In this document: in pieces, positions 25,410 through 33,944 of the stretch
How positions within the stretch are numbered: the first letter of the stretch is position 1
Layout: every line of letters starts with the position of its first letter
The notes under the pieces: generated by a model
The model's database searches: none
The model's input: only the letters and a program-made list of their open reading frames with translations
Told to the model about the DNA's origin: nothing
Position numbers and translations under genes: made by a program
NCBI GenBank assembly: GCA_027318525.1
Contig: DAHVPA010000001.1
Location: 1-33,944 of the forward strand
Reading direction: 5' to 3'
Source: Candidatus Cloacimonadota bacterium
Lineage (GTDB): Bacteria > Cloacimonadota > Cloacimonadia > Cloacimonadales > Cloacimonadaceae
DNA length: 33,944 bases

Positions 25410-26227
25410 CAACTGAAAAATCCAGAAGACCTACCAGACCTAAAACCTCTCAAGCTATAAATCCGCCCAAAGTTGCTTATGACATTTTTGCCCCTTATTA
25501 TGATAAATATATGAAGCATGTAGACTATGACAGATGGACGGATAAAATCCTGCAACTCTATGCCATGCATACACGTAAACAGCTTCATGACATTCTTGAA
25601 CTTGCCTGCGGCACTGCTCAGATATCATCACGGCTGGTCAGGCTTGGATACAATGTTACTGCTTCCGACCGTTCTGCTGAAATGCTAAACTATGCCGCCC
25701 AGAAAGAATATAAACCTCAACTGCTCCAGGCTGATATGACCTCTCCCCTGCCTCAAAACAGCTTTGAACTGGCAATCCTGGTCTTTGACAGCATCAATTA
25801 CCTGACTGAAAGCTCCGACTTGACTGTGCTCTTTAACAACGTCGAAACAGCTTTGAAAGAGGATGGTCTGTTTATCTTTGATATATCTACTTATCATAAC
25901 AGCCGGGAGAACTTTGATGATTATTTGAACGTTGATGAGGAAAAGGATTACCTGCTCATCCACCGCGCTAATTTCATCCCGGAGCTGATGCTGCAGAAAA
26001 CGCATCTTACCATTTTTCAGAAATCGGATAATCATTACATTCGCCTTGAAGAAGAACACCGTCAACGTGTATATTTTGTAAATGAAATCCTTGCCGAATG
26101 CGCCAAATCTCACCTCGATTGCGCCGGTATCTATAGTCTTGTTTATGATAGAAACTTGCTGAAAACAAATACTCATAAGCTGGATAGACAGTATTCCAGG
26201 CTGTTCTTTGTCCTCAAGAAACTGTGA
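25406..26227 (+). CDS. Class I SAM-dependent methyltransferase
   Basis: Motif I is ILELACGTAQIS, with an acidic residue at the end of beta2 (VTASDRS) and motif post-I/II LQADMT...FDSINY. The start overlaps the upstream stop (ATGA). Confidence 0.8.
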   Translation: MTTEKSRRPTRPKTSQAINPPKVAYDIFAPYYDKYMKHVDYDRWTDKILQLYAMHTRKQLHDILELACGTAQISSRLVRLGYNVTASDRSAEMLNYAAQKEYKPQLLQADMTSPLPQNSFELAILVFDSINYLTESSDLTVLFNNVETALKEDGLFIFDISTYHNSRENFDDYLNVDEEKDYLLIHRANFIPELMLQKTHLTIFQKSDNHYIRLEEEHRQRVYFVNEILAECAKSHLDCAGIYSLVYDRNLLKTNTHKLDRQYSRLFFVLKKL

Positions 26228-26228
26228 C

Positions 26229-26858
26229 ATGAGAAGAGACTGTCAACTTCTGTATGATAATGAGCTGGCAATGCGGAGCAAGTATCCCGTAATAGCCGGA
26301 GTTGACGAAGCTGGAAGAGGTCCGATTGCCGGACCGGTGGTCGTCGCTGCGGTTATCCTTGATCCTGCAAATCCTGTCGCAGGTGTTAACGACTCCAAAC
26401 AGCTCTCTGAACACAAACGGGAGCTTTTATTTGATGTGATTTTAAGCTCAGCTTTGGCTTATTCCATAATCGAGATATCCCCTCGGGTCATAGATGAAAT
26501 CAACATCCTGCAGGCTGTTTTATCAGGTATGGTTAAAGCGCTGGATGCTCTATCAGTCTGTCCTGACGTTTGTCTGATTGATGGCAACCGCCTCCCTGAT
26601 AAGCTAAAGTATCATTCACTTGCATGTGTCAAAGGCGACGCCAACTATGCTTCCATAGCCGCAGCATCAATCCTGGCTAAAGTCCACAGAGACAGACTTA
26701 TGATTACCCAGGATATGGTCTATCCGCAATATGGCTTTGCCAAGCATAAAGGCTACCCCACTGCTCTGCACCTCCAAGCTTTACACACTCACGGTCCATG
26801 CCCGATTCACAGACTTTCCTATGGTCCGGTTCAACAACTGGAGATTTGGCAAAGGTAA
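26229..26858 (+). CDS. rnhB: Ribonuclease HII
   Basis: IAGVDEAGRGPIAGPVVVAAV, DSKQLS, GDANYASIAAASILAKVHRD and GFAKHKGYPT. ATG 26229 lies 1 nt after the methyltransferase stop. The ORF is open from 26208. Confidence 0.9.
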   Translation: MRRDCQLLYDNELAMRSKYPVIAGVDEAGRGPIAGPVVVAAVILDPANPVAGVNDSKQLSEHKRELLFDVILSSALAYSIIEISPRVIDEINILQAVLSGMVKALDALSVCPDVCLIDGNRLPDKLKYHSLACVKGDANYASIAAASILAKVHRDRLMITQDMVYPQYGFAKHKGYPTALHLQALHTHGPCPIHRLSYGPVQQLEIWQR

Positions 26859-26882
26859 TAAAGTGATTAGGATATTGTTTGT

Positions 26883-28226
26883 ATGAAAGAAATTGGACCG
26901 GAAACGCAGAAAGCACTGCAGAACTTCCCTCTCTCCGGAGAGCTATTGGATATCCATTTAATCAAAGCCATGGCTATGGTTAAGCTAGCCTGCTGTAAAA
27001 CCAATGTAAGTTTAGGTTATCTTGCAGCAGATATTGGAGAGGCTATTTCCACTGTCTGCAATGAGTTCATTGATGGGCAGCACTCTGATTTAATTGTGAT
27101 AGACCCCTATCAGGGAGGTGCCGGTACCAGCACCAACATGAACTTTAACGAGGTTATCGCCAGCCTGGCAAGCAGATTAACAGCTGATGTAAGAGTGGAC
27201 GAACTTGATCATGTCAATCTTCATCAGTCAACCAATGACGTATACCCCACTGCAGTTAAAGTGGCAGTCCTGTTACGGTTGAAAGAACTGGAAACCTCTG
27301 TGGCTATACTTCAGGAAGCTTGTCAACACAAAGAACAGGACTTCGCGTCCATCGTCAAACTAGGCAGAACGGAACTGATGGATGCTGTGCCTATGACCCT
27401 GGGTATGGAGTTCGGAAGTTATGCTGAAGCATTTGCCCGAGACAGATGGCGCATCTTTAAGTGCAAGGAAAGAATAAAGACCGTAAATCTGGGCGGCACA
27501 GCCATTGGCACCGGACTTGGTGCACCCAGAGATTATATAATGAAAGTGAACGAAGAGCTGAAACACATCACCGGGCTATCAGTCTCACGCAGTGAGAATC
27601 TGGTCGATTCTACCCAGAATCTGGATTCGTTTGTGGAAGTATCCGGAATTCTCAAAGCCTTGGCTGCCAATCTGCTGAAAGTTGCCAATGACCTGAGGTT
27701 GCTTGCTTCCGGTCCTGAAGGCGGTCTGGCTGAGATTGAGCTGCCTGAAAGACAGAAGGGCAGCAGCATGATGCCGGGTAAGATAAATCCCGTTATTCCT
27801 GAAGCGATAGCTCAAGTAGCCCTCAAGGTGATGTCCAATGACAGCCTGATAGCTATTGCAGCCGGTTTGGGCAATCTTGAACTTAATCAATATCTGCCTT
27901 TGATATCCCACACTATCCTCAATTCTCTCAAGCTTTTAACCAATGCTTCCACTATCTTTGCCGAGAAGTGCATCACAGGCATCAGAGCCAATCCTGCCAA
28001 CTGCCTCAAGCATCTTATGAACAGCAAATCCATTGGCACCTACCTTCTCCCGAAGTTTGGTTACGACGTTATGGAAGAGATAATCATGGCAGCTGTTGAA
28101 GAGCGCAAAACCATCAGAGAAATCATCCTGGAAAGAAAGCTTCTTACTGCAGGGCAGTTTGAGAGCTTGTTTCAACCCCAACGCATGTATAAACTGGGTT
28201 ATACAAAAGAAGACTATCAGGATTAA
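26883..28226 (+). CDS. Aspartate ammonia-lyase-like enzyme (fumarate lyase superfamily), N-terminally short
   Basis: The signature GSSMMPGKINPVIPEA, with QSTNDVYPTA, GRTELMDAVPMTLG and TSTNMNFNEVIA, matches AspA better than FumC (NPV.PE, QSTND, DAVPMTLG). The protein starts at the position of the canonical ..AQTQRALENF.. segment, so the usual first ~20-25 residues are absent. Confidence 0.75.
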   Translation: MKEIGPETQKALQNFPLSGELLDIHLIKAMAMVKLACCKTNVSLGYLAADIGEAISTVCNEFIDGQHSDLIVIDPYQGGAGTSTNMNFNEVIASLASRLTADVRVDELDHVNLHQSTNDVYPTAVKVAVLLRLKELETSVAILQEACQHKEQDFASIVKLGRTELMDAVPMTLGMEFGSYAEAFARDRWRIFKCKERIKTVNLGGTAIGTGLGAPRDYIMKVNEELKHITGLSVSRSENLVDSTQNLDSFVEVSGILKALAANLLKVANDLRLLASGPEGGLAEIELPERQKGSSMMPGKINPVIPEAIAQVALKVMSNDSLIAIAAGLGNLELNQYLPLISHTILNSLKLLTNASTIFAEKCITGIRANPANCLKHLMNSKSIGTYLLPKFGYDVMEEIIMAAVEERKTIREIILERKLLTAGQFESLFQPQRMYKLGYTKEDYQD

Positions 28227-28231
28227 TTGAT

Positions 28232-29431
28232 ATGACAAAAGCACCACGTGGAGAAAGGCTTGTCATCGTTATTACCGGCAAACGCAACGCCGGTAAATCC
28301 TCCCTTATCAATGCCCTGACCGGACAGGAAATCGCCATAGTATCCGACATTGCCGGAACTACGACTGACCCGGTTGACAAGCATTATGAACTGCTTCCCT
28401 TGGGACCGGTCACGTTTTATGACACAGCCGGTATTGACGATGTGGGCGAGCTCGGCACCAAACGCGTTCAGGCTACGCGAAAGGTTCTAACCCGAGCTGA
28501 CCTGGCGATACTTGTTTCCGGGTCCGGTGAGTTTGATGATTCGGAAATACAGCTGATAGAGCATATTCGTGAATTGAAAGTTCCTCTCCTTATAGTATTT
28601 AACAAATCCGACCTGATTGAGCCTAATGCCCAAGCCCTGAACTTCTGCCGGGATAAAGGTTTGCGCTACTGCAAAGTGTCTTCTGTCACGGGAGCCGGTA
28701 TTGATGAATGCAAAGCGGTTCTCATGTCCTTAGCACCTGAAATGCTAAGGCAGGAGCGCCCTCTGGCGGGTGATTTGGTGCAGGCAGGAGAGCACGTTGT
28801 TCTTGTTACACCGATTGATTTGGCTGCGCCAAAAGGCAGACTGATTTTACCTCAAGTGCAGGTCATCAGAGACTTGCTTGACAATGACGCTATTGTAAGC
28901 GTAGTGAAGGAAAGGGAACTGGAATATGCTCTGGAAATGATGAAACAGCCTCCAGACCTTGTAATCACTGACTCGCAAGTAGTTCTCAAGGTTGCAGGTG
29001 ATGTCCCGGAAGATATTCCTCTCACGACTTTTTCCATTTTATTTGCCCGTTACAAAGGCGAACTGGAAATCCTGCTCCAAGGAGCTCGCAAAATAGACCA
29101 GCTCAGGGATGGCGATAAAATCCTGATTGCTGAATCCTGCTCACATCATGTTCAGTGTGACGATATAGGCAGAGTAAAGATTCCTCGCTGGTTAAGTCAG
29201 TATACCGGAAAGCAGCTGGTTTATGAGGTTTTTGCCGGACATGATTTTCCCGAAAATCTGGAAAGCTTTGCCCTGGCAATCCATTGCGGCGCTTGCATGA
29301 TAAATCCGATGGAAATGAACCACAGAATGATGGAATGTGCTCGCAGAGGTGTCCCAATCACCAATTACGGCATGGCTATATCCAAGGTCCAGGGCGTTCT
29401 GGAACGGGTTGTCCGTATCTTTAACCTTTGA
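28232..29431 (+). CDS. hydF: [FeFe]-hydrogenase H-cluster maturation GTPase HydF
   Basis: GTPase domain GKRNAGKSSLINALTGQEIAIVSDIAGTTTDPV..DTAGIDDVGELG..NKSD, followed by the dimerisation domain. The C-terminal FeS motif is CSHHVQCDDIGRVKIPRW...HCGACM (CxH...HCxxC). The resemblance to Thermotoga HydF is close. Confidence 0.9.
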   Translation: MTKAPRGERLVIVITGKRNAGKSSLINALTGQEIAIVSDIAGTTTDPVDKHYELLPLGPVTFYDTAGIDDVGELGTKRVQATRKVLTRADLAILVSGSGEFDDSEIQLIEHIRELKVPLLIVFNKSDLIEPNAQALNFCRDKGLRYCKVSSVTGAGIDECKAVLMSLAPEMLRQERPLAGDLVQAGEHVVLVTPIDLAAPKGRLILPQVQVIRDLLDNDAIVSVVKERELEYALEMMKQPPDLVITDSQVVLKVAGDVPEDIPLTTFSILFARYKGELEILLQGARKIDQLRDGDKILIAESCSHHVQCDDIGRVKIPRWLSQYTGKQLVYEVFAGHDFPENLESFALAIHCGACMINPMEMNHRMMECARRGVPITNYGMAISKVQGVLERVVRIFNL

Positions 29432-29471
29432 TTTTTCAGCAATCCTCCCTTTAATATGAAGAGAATTTTCT

Positions 29472-29511
29472 GAGGGTTTCCTGAGACTAAGTCTCTGCAA
29501 ACTCTCTGCAG
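29472..29511 (+). repeat. Intergenic palindromic repeat, copy 4 of 4
   Basis: GAGGGTTTCCTGAGACTAAGTCTCTGCAAACTCTCTGCAG. The loop is TAA instead of TTA, with one mismatch in hairpin 1. Confidence 0.85.
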
Positions 29512-29563
29512 ACATATAAACAAAAAAAGGATAAGGATGTGTCAGACTAAGTGAATATCCTGC

Positions 29564-29590
29564 TTGACAAACCCGCTTTCTGACGAAAAT
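29564..29590 (+). promoter_or_regulatory. Putative promoter of the C-N hydrolase-ligA-lptFG operon
   Basis: TTGACA at 29564-29569, with GAAAAT at 29585-29590 after a 15-nt spacer. The TTG that opens the long ORF is the first half of this -35 box. Confidence 0.35.
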
Positions 29591-29617
29591 GACTTAATCA
29601 GATTAGAAGAAGGTAAT

Positions 29618-33778
<4,161 letters not shown>

Positions 33779-33785
33779 GAGTAGA

Positions 33786-33944
33786 ATGAGAACACTTGAT
33801 AAATACATGATCCGTGAATTTGTTAAGACCTTTCTGATTTTACTGGGTTCGCTTTCAGTCGTCTTTATAGTCATTGATATTATTGATAATCTGCCAAGAC
33901 TTATGCGACACGGCGCTTCTTTTGATCAGGCTGCGTTTTACTAT
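33786..33944 (+). CDS. Second LptF/LptG-family permease, 5' part only (runs off the window)
   Basis: MRTLDKYMIREFVKTFLILLGSLSVVFIVIDIIDNL.. is the canonical family N-terminus. The frame is open to the window end. Confidence 0.8.
   Translation, partial: MRTLDKYMIREFVKTFLILLGSLSVVFIVIDIIDNLPRLMRHGASFDQAAFYY

Noticed and set aside
6652-29511. Possibility that the four conserved ~40-nt repeats represent a CRISPR array or its remnants.
   Set aside because: The copies are 5-12 kb apart and separated by housekeeping operons. One is inverted, and there are no regular spacers or cas genes.

Overview
Gene-dense, moderately AT-rich chromosomal segment with 25 of 27 protein genes on the + strand. The content looks like housekeeping genes of an anaerobic, diderm (LPS-exporting) bacterium. 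Any taxonomic guess beyond that, such as an uncultivated FCB-group or Cloacimonadota-like lineage, is weak. Gene order: 5'-truncated Zn/Cd-type P1B ATPase | thrS-kdsD-GH13 amylase | tRNA-Ala | transketolase | polyferredoxin + tungsten-type aldehyde:ferredoxin oxidoreductase (AOR, split by a 1-nt frameshift) | secreted SNase-like nuclease (- strand) | unknown polytopic membrane protein-YibQ-uppP-holA-malQ | DUF2089 + DUF4097 (LiaX/YvlB-like) pair | tRNA-Pro | heterodimeric ABC exporter | zinc-ribbon membrane protein (- strand) | DUF2007-PRTase fusion-methyltransferase-rnhB-AspA-like lyase-hydF | C-N hydrolase-ligA-lptF/G-lptF/G (partial). I see no transposase, integrase, phage gene, CRISPR array or recognisable defence system. 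Six things are not explained by ordinary annotation. (1) A four-copy ~40-nt intergenic repeat family built from GTCTCTGMA units forming two adjacent hairpins; one copy is bracketed by perfect 11-bp inverted repeats. (2) An A5-run frameshift splits the AOR gene. (3) An in-frame TAA removes the last 11 residues of a SHOCT-like tail, with the terminator placed after the extended frame. (4) The DUF2089/DUF4097 module is uncharacterised and translationally coupled. (5) A divergent, N-terminally short AspA-like lyase sits 5 nt upstream of an orphan hydF. (6) A DUF2007-PRTase fusion is coupled to a methyltransferase. All calls rest on motif recognition by eye; no searches were run.
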